A stretch of 32,070 bases of DNA from Candidatus Omnitrophota bacterium. Its GTDB lineage: Bacteria; Omnitrophota; Gorgyraeia; Zapsychrales; JBDRMG01. This document shows, piece after piece, positions 1 to 8,748 of the stretch. The stretch lies in the NCBI GenBank assembly GCA_043812495.1, contig JBDRMG010000041.1:1-32070 (forward strand). Direction: 5' to 3'. The notes under the pieces were generated by a model that saw only the letters and a list, made by a program, of their open reading frames with translations, searched no databases and was not told the origin of the DNA. Both the position numbers and the translations under genes were made by a program. Every line of letters starts with the position of its first letter. The first letter of the stretch is position 1.

Positions 1-19
1 GCCCCGCCAATGGCGGGGC
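1..19. repeat. GC-rich palindrome at the window edge (probably part of a larger palindromic element)
   Basis: GCCCCGCCA-A-TGGCGGGGC is a perfect 9-bp inverted repeat. Similar CCCGCCA..TGGCGGG arms recur at 22600-22622. Confidence 0.6.
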
Positions 20-32
20 TCGGAGGTCATTG

Positions 33-575
33 CTATTTAAATTGTTTTTTTACTTTGGGATTAATTAAGAAAAATACAAGTACACATTGTGTCAGGAAAG
101 GAGCAAAATCAAATAGCAAAAACTGACCGATGCTTCTATGGGGTATTCCCCAATAAGAAAAATTATCCCAGAAAACAATACGATAACTCCATTCAATTAT
201 CCAGAAAATAATATGAATCCAAGCTAAGCTTAATATAATTCTTCTTGCCCAATTCTTCATACGCATCAAAGCAAGCGACAAAAGAACTAAGAAAAATGGA
301 AATAACATGTGTATTTGGAGGGCAAAAAATCCATATCGTATTCCTCCAATAATCGAACCTACTATTGAATTATTGAAGAAGAGTATTACTTGGTAGAAAT
401 ACAATCCAAAAATAACCTTCGAAGCATAACTCAATACTACAGATTGATTCTTGTAAGGTATTTCACCGTGAGCATAAAAAGCGTTATAAAAAGATAAAAG
501 TGATAATCCAATAATTATTATTCCTGCAATTCGAATGCCAGAAAACTTCATTCTTTCCTGCATCACAGCCTCCAT
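33..575 (-). CDS. Hypothetical integral membrane protein (about 4-5 TM helices), AT-rich
   Basis: 180-aa ORF with several hydrophobic stretches and a basic C-terminus (NPKVKKQFK). The start could be 575 or 563; GGAGG precedes the second ATG. Confidence 0.7.
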   Translation of the reverse strand: MEAVMQERMKFSGIRIAGIIIIGLSLLSFYNAFYAHGEIPYKNQSVVLSYASKVIFGLYFYQVILFFNNSIVGSIIGGIRYGFFALQIHMLFPFFLVLLSLALMRMKNWARRIILSLAWIHIIFWIIEWSYRIVFWDNFSYWGIPHRSIGQFLLFDFAPFLTQCVLVFFLINPKVKKQFK

Positions 576-655
576 GTTAAATCGTTAAACTTACTTACAT
601 TTTACTGCCACGCATAGACTGGGACAAGACAAATCTAGAGGAAATGTGCTTACTC

Positions 656-698
656 AGCACTTATTTGCCCTTAATAAAAGAATAGGCAAATAAGTGCT
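656..698. terminator. 14-bp inverted repeat directly after the toxin stop codon (terminator-like hairpin)
   Basis: AGCACTTATTTGCC (656-669) pairs with GGCAAATAAGTGCT (685-698). No clear U-tract follows. Confidence 0.4.
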
Positions 699-1015
699 CA
701 GGAAATTCTTGTGATTCTTTCGAGGTGAGAAGATTTTAATTTCTCAATAACTTTGGGGATAAGCGGTTGGATGTCATTATATCTGTTGGTCGAAGCCGCG
801 AGGATGATAATGGGAATTGTTGTATTGCGAAGATTGATCTGATACTGCAAGTTCTGATCGGCTGTGATGAAGATATCAAACTTCCCTTCCATAAGTTTTA
901 ATAATTCGCCGTTTTTCTTGCCTGTCCAACCGGCTTCGGGAACCGTGCTAACCTGATGGTGTTTGAAATCCTTTTCAAGGCGTTTCGGAAGGGATTCGTC
1001 CAGAAGTATTCTCAT
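698..1015 (-). CDS. DUF5615 family PIN-like toxin (VapC45-like)
   Basis: MRILLDESLP N-terminus, G-W-x-G-x-x-N-G-E-L motif and ITADQNL. ATGA overlap with the upstream DUF433 gene. Confidence 0.85.
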   Translation of the reverse strand: MRILLDESLPKRLEKDFKHHQVSTVPEAGWTGKKNGELLKLMEGKFDIFITADQNLQYQINLRNTTIPIIILAASTNRYNDIQPLIPKVIEKLKSSHLERITRIS

Positions 1016-1230
1016 CCCCGCGCAGAACCTTTTTTGACAAGCTCCAAGACTTCGATGGCCTGCTTTTTCTTAACGGTAGGATAATCTTTGAGGAAATCGT
1101 CCAGACAGTCTCCTGCTTCAAGGTATTCGATAAGAGTACGCACAGACACCCTGGTTCCCCTGAATACAGGTTCGCCACCTAGAATTTCTTTTACGGACTG
1201 AATAATGGAATTTCTTGATTTATTGATCAT
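1012..1230 (-). CDS. DUF433 domain antitoxin (VapB45-like)
   Basis: ILGGEPVFRGTRVSVRTLIEYL...FLKDYPTV is the DUF433 signature. GGAG SD upstream. Confidence 0.9.
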   Translation of the reverse strand: MINKSRNSIIQSVKEILGGEPVFRGTRVSVRTLIEYLEAGDCLDDFLKDYPTVKKKQAIEVLELVKKGSARG

Positions 1231-1373
1231 TTTACACTCCCTATTTTTATTTAGTATATCACATATGACAATCAGTAAGTAATAAATTTGACAGGAGATG
1301 GGGCATTAGGCTTGTCCTAAAAATTTGAAAAGTGGCAAGGAATTATTGGCAGGGAAGGACAGGTAATAATAAA

Positions 1374-1456
1374 TGCCGAAGGTGGGAGTTGAACCCACAC
1401 GAGGTTTCCCTCAACGGTTTTTGAGACCGCCGCGTATGCCATTCCGCCACTTCGGC
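1374..1456 (-). tRNA. tRNA-Leu(CAA)
   Basis: Reverse complement GCCGAAGTGGCGGAATGGCATACGCGGCGGTCT-CAA-AAACCGTTGAGGGAAACCTCGTGTGGGTTCAACTCCCACCTTCGGCA. It has a long variable arm and GTTCAA T-loop; CCA is not encoded. Confidence 0.95.
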
Positions 1457-1495
1457 AAACAGTCAACAAAACCAAAAAGAATCCCAAAAAGCTAA

Positions 1496-1568
<73 letters not shown>

Positions 1569-1594
1569 TTTTATAATTTTAAAAAACATCGGGA

Positions 1595-1728
1595 CAAGCG
1601 CTCTTGCCGACTTTTCTATAATATTCCAGCTCCGACGCTCCGACTTCAACAACTTATTATTAGAAAAGTCGGAGGTCGGAGTCCCGACTGAGTACGAAGT
1701 ACGAATGTCGGGACTGAGCTACAGCCCC
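1595..1728 (-). pseudogene. Relic tRNA-Ala 5' half interrupted by palindromic insertions
   Basis: The minus strand reads GGGGCTGTAGCTCAG-[palindromes]-CTGG-[21 nt]-AGAGCGCTTG, colinear with the first ~30 nt of tRNA-Ala. No anticodon or T arm follows. Confidence 0.65.
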
Positions 1729-1757
1729 ATTAATTTCTCAAAAAAAATGAATGGCTA

Positions 1758-1786
1758 AATATAACACTTCGCCCTATTTTTGTCAA
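1758..1786 (-). promoter_or_regulatory. Sigma70 promoter of the tRNA operon
   Basis: TTGACA-N17-TATATT with an extended -10 TG, on the minus strand. Confidence 0.75.
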
Positions 1787-1960
1787 TGGAGTCCAACAAC
1801 AAACTCTTTTTCCCGTTCTAAATTCTTGACATTACAGAATATATAGCGATTATGCGGCTGACCATATAAAAAAGTCTTTTCTTTAGAAATTCTCCTTAAC
1901 GTTTACTTCTCTTTCTGATAAAATAAATTATTGCTGAATCGACAAAACTCAACAAATCTA

Positions 1961-1989
1961 TTGACTTGAGAATTGTCCGATGTTAAGAT
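1961..1989 (+). promoter_or_regulatory. Sigma70 promoter for 2033-2368
   Basis: TTGACT-N17-TAAGAT with a TGn extension. AGGAGGT SD at 2021-2027. Confidence 0.65.
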
Positions 1990-2032
1990 TTGATTAACTT
2001 ACGCTTGAAAAAGTTCTGGAAGGAGGTGAAAT

Positions 2033-2368
2033 ATGAGAAAATTTTTAGCAATGTCTTTAGTTATTATCCTTATGTTTGCCTGTGTCATTCCTGCTTTTGC
2101 TAAGGATCCTGGTGAAAAATTAGCGCGCGGTGTCGCCAATGTGATCAGCTGCCCATTGGAAATACCTAAACAAATCGATGTGGAATGGAAAGCAGCAAAG
2201 GATAGTAATCAAAACGTCGGTGCGGGTATCGCCGCGGGTTTAATCAAGGGGATGGCCTTTACCGTAGCTCGGCTAGGTTCCGGCATCTGGGATATCTTTT
2301 CTTTCCCGTTCCAAGTTCCTGAGAACTTTGAACCTGTCATGAAACCGGATTATGTTTTAGAAAAATAA
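2033..2368 (+). CDS. Small exported/membrane protein, exosortase-system-associated TIGR04073-like family
   Basis: Signal peptide ending AFA, then KLARGVANV..CPLEIP and RLGSGIWDIFSFPF, which resemble that family. Strong SD. Confidence 0.7.
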   Translation: MRKFLAMSLVIILMFACVIPAFAKDPGEKLARGVANVISCPLEIPKQIDVEWKAAKDSNQNVGAGIAAGLIKGMAFTVARLGSGIWDIFSFPFQVPENFEPVMKPDYVLEK

Positions 2369-2389
2369 TTTCCTTTTGAAAGATTATAA

Positions 2390-2427
2390 AACAAAAAACC
2401 ACTCATGAAAATGAGTGGTTTTTTGTT
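2390..2427. terminator. Bidirectional intrinsic terminator
   Basis: AACAAAAAACCACTCAT-GAAA-ATGAGTGGTTTTTTGTT lies between convergent genes. Confidence 0.85.
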
Positions 2428-2444
2428 AAGTCGATAATGGCGGA

Positions 2445-3497
2445 TTAATTTTCTTTTTCTGCAAAATACTTTAGCTGACCGCATGCGGCATGGATATCTC
2501 GACCGCGCGGTTGACGCAGCGTCGCATGAATCCCCATTTTTCGCAATTCCTGCTGAAAAACCAGTATTTCTAATTTTCGGGGCGGCTCAAGAGCAAACAC
2601 GCTAACCTCATTACAGACAATGAGATTGAGCTTAGCAATGATTCCTTTGAGAAGACGGCATAACTCCGCTACGGCCTGTTTTGTGCATGTTAGATCCCGA
2701 ATCAACAGATACTCGAAAGTAATCTGCCTTTTTGTTTCCTGAGTAAACAGGCGGCATGCCTTCATCAACTCACCCAGAGGATACCTGCGGTTAATCGGCA
2801 TCAGCCGATTCCTGACTTCGTCATTGGATGCGTGCAGGGAAATCGACAATTCGACTTGAATATTTTCTTTACTCAATCTTTTGATTTGCGGAATCAATCC
2901 GCAGGTAGAAATCGTCATCCGTCTTGCTCCAAGCGCGCACGCATAAGAAGAATTCAGAAGGCGGATGGCCTTCATCAGATTGTCATAATTATCCAGCGGT
3001 TCGCCGACTCCCATAAAAACAACGTGAGTTACGTTTTGTTTCTTTTGAAAGGATTGAACGGCCAGAACTTGCCCGACGATTTCGGCGCACGTTAAATTTC
3101 GTTTGAACCCTCCAAGTCCGCTTGCGCAAAACTGACATGCGAACTTGCATCCCACCTGCGTGGAAACGCACACCGTCATTCTTGAAGAGGCAGGAATCAT
3201 GACGGTCTCAATCTTCTGATGATCTGGCAGGTCAAACAGAAATTTCACAGTGCCGTCGCGGGAAACGTCTTTTCTATTGATGGCTACCGGCCTGAAGACA
3301 AAGTCATTCTTAAGCTCCTGACGTAAGCCGGCAGGGCAGCTGGTTATTTCATCAAACATTTTCGCGTTCTTTTTATAAATCCATTCGAAAATTTGCGTTG
3401 CGCGAAAAGTTCTTTCGTTCTTTGCGACCAGATAGTCTTGAAGCTCTTGATAGGATAGGTCTCTAATATCTCTGGGGATTGTGGGGTGCGCTGTCAT
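2445..3497 (-). CDS. rlmN: 23S rRNA m2A2503 / tRNA m2A37 methyltransferase (radical SAM)
   Basis: CVSTQVGCKFACQFC (CxxxCxxC), MGVGEP, ISLHA and C-terminal RGRDIHAACGQL. Confidence 0.95.
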   Translation of the reverse strand: MTAHPTIPRDIRDLSYQELQDYLVAKNERTFRATQIFEWIYKKNAKMFDEITSCPAGLRQELKNDFVFRPVAINRKDVSRDGTVKFLFDLPDHQKIETVMIPASSRMTVCVSTQVGCKFACQFCASGLGGFKRNLTCAEIVGQVLAVQSFQKKQNVTHVVFMGVGEPLDNYDNLMKAIRLLNSSYACALGARRMTISTCGLIPQIKRLSKENIQVELSISLHASNDEVRNRLMPINRRYPLGELMKACRLFTQETKRQITFEYLLIRDLTCTKQAVAELCRLLKGIIAKLNLIVCNEVSVFALEPPRKLEILVFQQELRKMGIHATLRQPRGRDIHAACGQLKYFAEKEN

Positions 3498-3529
3498 GGC
3501 GAATCAGAGGCTGGATTGATTGGATAGAA

Positions 3530-4483
3530 TTATTCGTTCTCGAATTCGCCCATTTTGCGAAATCGTTCGTAACGGTTATCCAAAAGATTTTTCACGGAAA
3601 AAGCGGATAGCTGCTTGATGTATTTTAAAACGACTTTCTTCAATTCATCGGCCACTTGCTCCGGGTCACGGTGGGCTCCCCCTTCCGGCTCAGGGATGAT
3701 TTCATCGATGATGCCGAATCCAAGAAGATCGTCGCTGGTTAATTTGAGGGCCTGGGCCGCTTCGGGAGCCTTCATACTGTTGCGCCAGAGGATCGAGGCG
3801 CATCCTTCCGGAGAAATCACCGAATAATAAGCGTTTTGCAAAATGCAGACCTTATCCGCAATCCCTACACCCAAAGCGCCGCCGCTACCGCCTTCTCCGA
3901 TAATAACAGCGACAATCGGTGAGCTGATCGCAGTCATTTCTTTGAGATTTTCGGCAATCGCCTGGGCCTGACCGCGCTCTTCGGCACCTACGCCGGGATA
4001 GGCGCCCGGCGTATCAATGAGAATCACGATTGGCAAATGGAATTTTGCGGCCAACCGCATCAAACGAATGGCCTTACGATAGCCTTCCGGATGCGCGCAA
4101 CCAAAATTTCTGAGGACATTCTCTTTGGTGTCCCGTCCTTTTTGATGGCCCATGATCATGACTTTCTTACCATTGATTTTTGCAAAGCCGGCCACAAGGG
4201 CCAAGTCATCAGCAAACAACCGGTCTCCGTGCAATTCGACAAAATCCGTCGTGATCATGCGGATATAGTCGAGCGTATAAGGCCGCTGGGGATGGCGGGC
4301 GATCTGCACCTTCTGCCAGGGCGTGAGATTTTTGTAAATCTCTTCTTTCATCTTACTCAGCTTGTCTTCCAGCTTTTTGATTTCGGGTTCGATATTGATC
4401 TTCTTGTCCGAACCAAAATTTCTAAGCTCGTTAATCTTATTTTCCAATTCAATAATGGGTTTCTCGAAATCTAATCCGATCAT
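3530..4483 (-). CDS. accA: Acetyl-CoA carboxylase carboxyltransferase alpha subunit
   Basis: LDFEKPI, ARHPQRP, HPEGYRKA, DTPGAYPG, GEGGSGGAL and YSVISPEGCASILW. Confidence 0.97.
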   Translation of the reverse strand: MIGLDFEKPIIELENKINELRNFGSDKKINIEPEIKKLEDKLSKMKEEIYKNLTPWQKVQIARHPQRPYTLDYIRMITTDFVELHGDRLFADDLALVAGFAKINGKKVMIMGHQKGRDTKENVLRNFGCAHPEGYRKAIRLMRLAAKFHLPIVILIDTPGAYPGVGAEERGQAQAIAENLKEMTAISSPIVAVIIGEGGSGGALGVGIADKVCILQNAYYSVISPEGCASILWRNSMKAPEAAQALKLTSDDLLGFGIIDEIIPEPEGGAHRDPEQVADELKKVVLKYIKQLSAFSVKNLLDNRYERFRKMGEFENE

Positions 4484-4512
4484 ATTTTTATCCGTTAAAA
4501 AGTCGCATTGAA

Positions 4513-5325
4513 TCAGTCAACAATGGTGACTTTCGTCCCTTTCGGCGCCAGGTCGTAAAGTTCTTCAACTTCTTCGTTGCTCATGCGGATACATCCGGCC
4601 GTCACTTGTTGGCCCAGTGACTGTGGTTCTGTGGTCCCGTGAATACCGTAACCGGGGATATCAAAACCCAGCCATCGCGTTCCCAGGATATTTTTGGGGC
4701 TTTCGGGAGGGATAATGGCACCACTTTTGTACCAAACAGGATCAACCAGTTTATTCACTACGGTGAATGTTCCCACCGGCGTGATATTGTCTGATCCCGT
4801 GGACACCGTATAAACTTTTAGAATTTCATCACCGGATTTCAGAATAAGAATATTCTGAGATTTATCGACAAAAATATTAAAAACACCCTGCCAAATGCGA
4901 AGACGTTGACCGACGCGAATGGTATCGCTTGAAAGTTTGTTGCTCTTTTTGATCAGAGCCACGGTCGTGTTGTATTTATTGGCAATCTTACCGAGGGAAT
5001 CGCCGGAGACTACTTCGTGCATCAAGGTCTGCGGCGTTTCCAATCCGGAGAAAATAATTCGCATATTCAGATCTTCAAGTTTTTTCTGAACCGTACCGAT
5101 ATCTTTAAAGTCGGGAGACTCACTGATGATTTTCTGATAAAGTTCTTTGGCATTCAAAAGCTCATTTTTTCCTTCCAGAGACACAGCCAACTCATAGGAT
5201 TGCTGGGCCGGAAGCGCGCCGGAATCAACGGGGTTTGTTTTTCTTGCTGGTCCTCTGCTGAGGGCTACTCCAAGAATAATAACCAGCAGGCCTAAACCGA
5301 TTATGAGATATCGTTTATTCATCAA
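4513..5325 (-). CDS. Membrane-anchored LysM-domain L,D-transpeptidase (YkuD family)
   Basis: N-terminal TM, LysM (VVSGDSLGKIANKYNTTVALIKKSNKL..IRVGQRL) and catalytic GIHGT...TAGCIRM. The start may be the ATG at 5322. Confidence 0.9.
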   Translation of the reverse strand: MMNKRYLIIGLGLLVIILGVALSRGPARKTNPVDSGALPAQQSYELAVSLEGKNELLNAKELYQKIISESPDFKDIGTVQKKLEDLNMRIIFSGLETPQTLMHEVVSGDSLGKIANKYNTTVALIKKSNKLSSDTIRVGQRLRIWQGVFNIFVDKSQNILILKSGDEILKVYTVSTGSDNITPVGTFTVVNKLVDPVWYKSGAIIPPESPKNILGTRWLGFDIPGYGIHGTTEPQSLGQQVTAGCIRMSNEEVEELYDLAPKGTKVTIVD

Positions 5326-5368
5326 TTCTTTTACCTCCGTGCATTCAACTTGCGCTTGCCACCCACTG

Positions 5369-5824
5369 TTAATGAAGAGGATACAGACTAGCGGCGATTA
5401 AAAGACCTATGATCGATCCTATGAGAACCTGGATAGGGGTATGGCCGATTAGTTCAATGAGGCGTTCAGACTCAATTTTGCCTTTCCAGTAAAGATCATC
5501 CATGATTTGATTTAAGATTCCGGCTTGCTGCCCGGTCGAACGGCGCACGCCTTGAGCATCGAACATCGTCACAACGGCAAAAACTGTTGCCAAAGCAAAA
5601 AAAACAGAATCAAAACCCATCTTTAAACCACAACTCATGGCCAAGGCCGTTGCGCCGGCCGCATGGCTTGAGGGCATGCCTCCGGTACCGATAAACCACT
5701 TGAAATTGAACTTTTTTTCCCTAATCACGCCCAGGAACACCTTGAGGCACTGAGCGCTGGCCCAGGCAATGGCCGTGATCACCAGAATGTCATTAGAGGT
5801 CACGGCTTGAAAAAAATCTATCAT
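5369..5824 (-). CDS. Divergent PAP2 family membrane protein (DUF212)
   Basis: AQCLK, TGGMPSSH, VTMFDAQGVRR and GHTPIQV motifs. Confidence 0.9.
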   Translation of the reverse strand: MIDFFQAVTSNDILVITAIAWASAQCLKVFLGVIREKKFNFKWFIGTGGMPSSHAAGATALAMSCGLKMGFDSVFFALATVFAVVTMFDAQGVRRSTGQQAGILNQIMDDLYWKGKIESERLIELIGHTPIQVLIGSIIGLLIAASLYPLH

Positions 5825-5950
5825 AAAAGGTTCCTGTTATGTTGATATATCTTGACGATTATAAGGTCTTATGTTAGTTTACATTATAAATTTTGACCCT
5901 CAAAAAAGCAAGGTCTTTTATCTTTACCATTGTGTTTTTAAATTTAAATT

Positions 5951-6036
5951 CAGATTCACAGATGATCACAGATAAATGACCACAGATGATCACAGATCGG
6001 TGATCATCTGTATCTTTCATCTGTGCTTATCTGTGA
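5951..6036. repeat. CACAGAT/ATCTGTG periodic inverted-repeat element
   Basis: CACAGAT at 5957, 5967, 5981 and 5991, then ATCTGT(G) at 6006, 6019 and 6029. Confidence 0.85.
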
Positions 6037-6067
6037 CGATAATGCGCGAAGCGCCTATCAATTAATC

Positions 6068-7600
6068 ATGCTCGCAAAAGTAAAAAGCTACGGTCTCTGT
6101 GGTTTAGAAGCGTATCCCATTACCGTCGAAGTCGATGTCTCGAACGGCCTTCCTGCCATCACGATCGTGGGTCTGCCGGACAACGCAGTCAAAGAAAGTA
6201 AAGAAAGGGTCCGCGCAGGGATCAAAAACAGCGGTTATCGTTTTGCGCCTGAACGCATCACGGTCAATTTATCACCGGCAGATATTAAAAAAGAAGGTCC
6301 TAGTTTTGATTTGGCGATCGCTTTAGGCATTCTGGCCGCAACCGACCAAATCAGCGTGCCTTCTTTAAAAAAATATATTTTCTTAGGCGAACTGTCCTTG
6401 GACGGCCATATTTTGCCGGTTAAGGGTGCGCTAGCCATCGCCATGTCTATCCCTAAAAATAAATTTGACGGGTTGATTGTGCCTTTGGCTAATGCCCACG
6501 AAGCCGCGCTCGCCGATCAAATCAATGTTTATCCTGTCCAGGCGCTTACCGATGTGATTCATTTCTTGGCTGAACCCGAAAGCATTAAAGCTTTTGAGCT
6601 TGATTCAGAAATGATTTTCAAAGATTCCTGTCTCTATGATTGTGATTTTAGTGATGTCAAAGGCCAGAATCACGTCAAGCGGGGTCTTGAAGTGGCCTCA
6701 GCCGGAGGCCATAATGTTATTTTGATTGGCCCGCCGGGAAGCGGAAAAACCATGCTGGCCAAAAGGATGGCGACCATTCTTCCGGATATCAGTTTAGAAG
6801 AAGCACTTGAGACCACGAAAATTCATTCTGTGTTGGGATTGGTCGAGGCGGATGTCGGCATTGTGGCCACGCGCCCCTTTCGCTCGCCCCATCATACCAG
6901 TTCGGATATCGCGCTTGTGGGCGGTGGGTCGTATCCGAAACCGGGTGAAGTGAGCCTGGCCCATAACGGAATTTTATTCTTGGATGAATTGCCGGAATTC
7001 AACCGCAATGTCCTGGAATCTCTGCGTCAGCCCCTCGAAGATCATACGGTGACGGTTTCGCGCGCTACGCGCTCACTTAAGTTTCCGTCGAAATTCATGC
7101 TTGTTTGCGCCATGAATCCTTGCCCGTGCGGTTGGTACACGGACCCCAGAAAAGAATGTTACTGCACGCCGCAAAAGATTCAGAAATACCTATCGAAAAT
7201 CTCCGGTCCGCTTCTAGATCGTATCGATATTCATCTGGAAGTTCCGTCTCTCAAATACAGAGAGCTTCTTATGGATAAAAAAACGGAAAGTTCGCAAGAG
7301 ATCAAAGCGCGCACCACCAAAGCCAGAGGCATTCAGCAAAAAAGATTCAAAGGCACAAAGATTTTTGCCAACGCCCAAATGCATCACAAGCAGATTAAGG
7401 AGTTTTGTTCGATTTCCGAGGATTCCAAGGAATTACTGAAAACAGCCATTGAGGAATTGGGCCTCTCGGCCCGTGCACATGACAAGATTTTAAAAGTTGC
7501 CCGCACCATCGCCGACTTGGCCGACGAGAAAAGCATCCTGCCTGAGCATATTTCCGAAGCGATTCAATACCGCAGTTTAGACAGGAACTTATGGGCGTAA
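6068..7600 (+). CDS. comM: YifB/ComM family Mg-chelatase-like AAA+ ATPase
   Basis: VEVDVSNGLP..IVGLPDNAVKESKERV, Walker A GPPGSGKT, RPFRSPHH, LFLDELPEF and SGPLLDRID. The real start is taken as ATG 6068 (MLAKV), because the longer ORF begins inside the repeat. Confidence 0.92.
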   Translation: MLAKVKSYGLCGLEAYPITVEVDVSNGLPAITIVGLPDNAVKESKERVRAGIKNSGYRFAPERITVNLSPADIKKEGPSFDLAIALGILAATDQISVPSLKKYIFLGELSLDGHILPVKGALAIAMSIPKNKFDGLIVPLANAHEAALADQINVYPVQALTDVIHFLAEPESIKAFELDSEMIFKDSCLYDCDFSDVKGQNHVKRGLEVASAGGHNVILIGPPGSGKTMLAKRMATILPDISLEEALETTKIHSVLGLVEADVGIVATRPFRSPHHTSSDIALVGGGSYPKPGEVSLAHNGILFLDELPEFNRNVLESLRQPLEDHTVTVSRATRSLKFPSKFMLVCAMNPCPCGWYTDPRKECYCTPQKIQKYLSKISGPLLDRIDIHLEVPSLKYRELLMDKKTESSQEIKARTTKARGIQQKRFKGTKIFANAQMHHKQIKEFCSISEDSKELLKTAIEELGLSARAHDKILKVARTIADLADEKSILPEHISEAIQYRSLDRNLWA

Positions 7601-7623
7601 GGCCGGTGAGATCTTTCTGTTCT

Positions 7624-8049
7624 CTATTTTAATAACTTTTTTGCCTTCGCTAAAAATTGGTCGGCTTTGATGATGATTTGTTCAGCATTCTCTTTTGAAA
7701 AATCCGATTTATAATCAGCATTTTCCCTTAAATCTTTCGCCATATCATAATCATCAAGAAAACTGTATTCAAGCAGATTAGCATCAACAAATAGATTCTT
7801 CAATGCCGCCCTTAAGCAAAAATGGCTCTTTTCACGATAACTTTTAGAATATAGCAAAGCTCTCGCAGCATAAAACATCGCGTAATAAGCGCTGATCGTG
7901 GCCCATTTGGCCTTGCCTATTTTGAGAACATCTTTGGAATCTTTGAAGTCGTAATCCGCTGCCGTCATTTCCTTATCGATCAGAGTCTTGTCAATTTCGA
8001 TTCTAATCAGATTCTTCTTTTCTAAACACCTTTTAAAGTGATAATCCAT
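7624..8049 (-). CDS. HEPN domain protein (UPF0332-like), toxin partner of MNT
   Basis: AYYAMFYAARALL, KSH and R-x4-Y (RENADY). It directly abuts the MNT gene. Confidence 0.85.
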   Translation of the reverse strand: MDYHFKRCLEKKNLIRIEIDKTLIDKEMTAADYDFKDSKDVLKIGKAKWATISAYYAMFYAARALLYSKSYREKSHFCLRAALKNLFVDANLLEYSFLDDYDMAKDLRENADYKSDFSKENAEQIIIKADQFLAKAKKLLK

Positions 8050-8574
8050 TTATTTCTGTTTCCACAAAATAATTCCTTTTTGGATTCGCTCATAAAGCGG
8101 CCGGTCTTTCCTCTCTAAAGCTATAAATTCACCTGTATCAAAAATCAGGGGCTGAATCTCTCTTTTTGTTTTCTGTCGTTTGATAAGCCGGCGCGCTTCA
8201 TCGGCCCGTGACGAAACAATCACAAGATCAATATCGCTATTCGGAGAGTCGATTCCCTCGGCGCAACTCCCAAAAAGGATAACACGACTGGTCAATGGTC
8301 TTAATCGGTTGATAAGGCCATTTATTTCGGTAATGGTTTGCATTACTTTATATTGTCTTACGAGAGGATGATCATAATTAAGGCTGTAGAAATTCATACG
8401 GCCTTTTTTTGAAAGACACAATAACTCCTTTTTAAGAAGCCCCTTGAGTGTTTGATTAGTCGATCCCGCGCTTATATGAGCCCCGGAAGCAATTTGGCTT
8501 TCATAAAGAGCTTCCTCGCTATGGGATGATAAATACTGCAGAATGCGCTGTTCGGATTTTGTCAGTTGCATCAT
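8050..8574 (-). CDS. Winged-HTH + minimal nucleotidyltransferase (MNT) antitoxin
   Basis: N-terminal HTH (YESQIASGAHISAGSTNQTLKGL) and VILFGSCAEG..NSDIDLVIV (GSx10DxD). Confidence 0.88.
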   Translation of the reverse strand: MMQLTKSEQRILQYLSSHSEEALYESQIASGAHISAGSTNQTLKGLLKKELLCLSKKGRMNFYSLNYDHPLVRQYKVMQTITEINGLINRLRPLTSRVILFGSCAEGIDSPNSDIDLVIVSSRADEARRLIKRQKTKREIQPLIFDTGEFIALERKDRPLYERIQKGIILWKQK

Positions 8575-8582
8575 TAATTCTT

Positions 8583-8635
8583 ATTTCATCTATATGAAAT
8601 CATTTTCATTATATCGAAATTATCTTCAAAGTCAA
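8583..8635 (-). promoter_or_regulatory. Promoter of the MNT-HEPN operon with tandem palindromic operators
   Basis: TTGACT (8635-8630)-N16-TATAAT (8613-8608). ATTTCAT-CTAT-ATGAAAT (8583-8600) has an imperfect copy TTTTCATTATATCGAAAT (8603-8620). Confidence 0.7.
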
Positions 8636-8748
8636 TAAAAATGTAAGGATGCGTTGAGGTTAGGGGCATCGGGATATATCGTCCAGCCTATTACGTCTGA
8701 AAAATTATTGTCAATCTGCATGTAAACTGCTTTGTCTTTCCCTTTTGG

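Noticed and set aside
5951..6036. CRISPR array
   Set aside because: Units are 7 bp with 3-7 bp gaps and switch orientation. There are no 25-45-bp repeats with unique spacers and no cas genes in the window.
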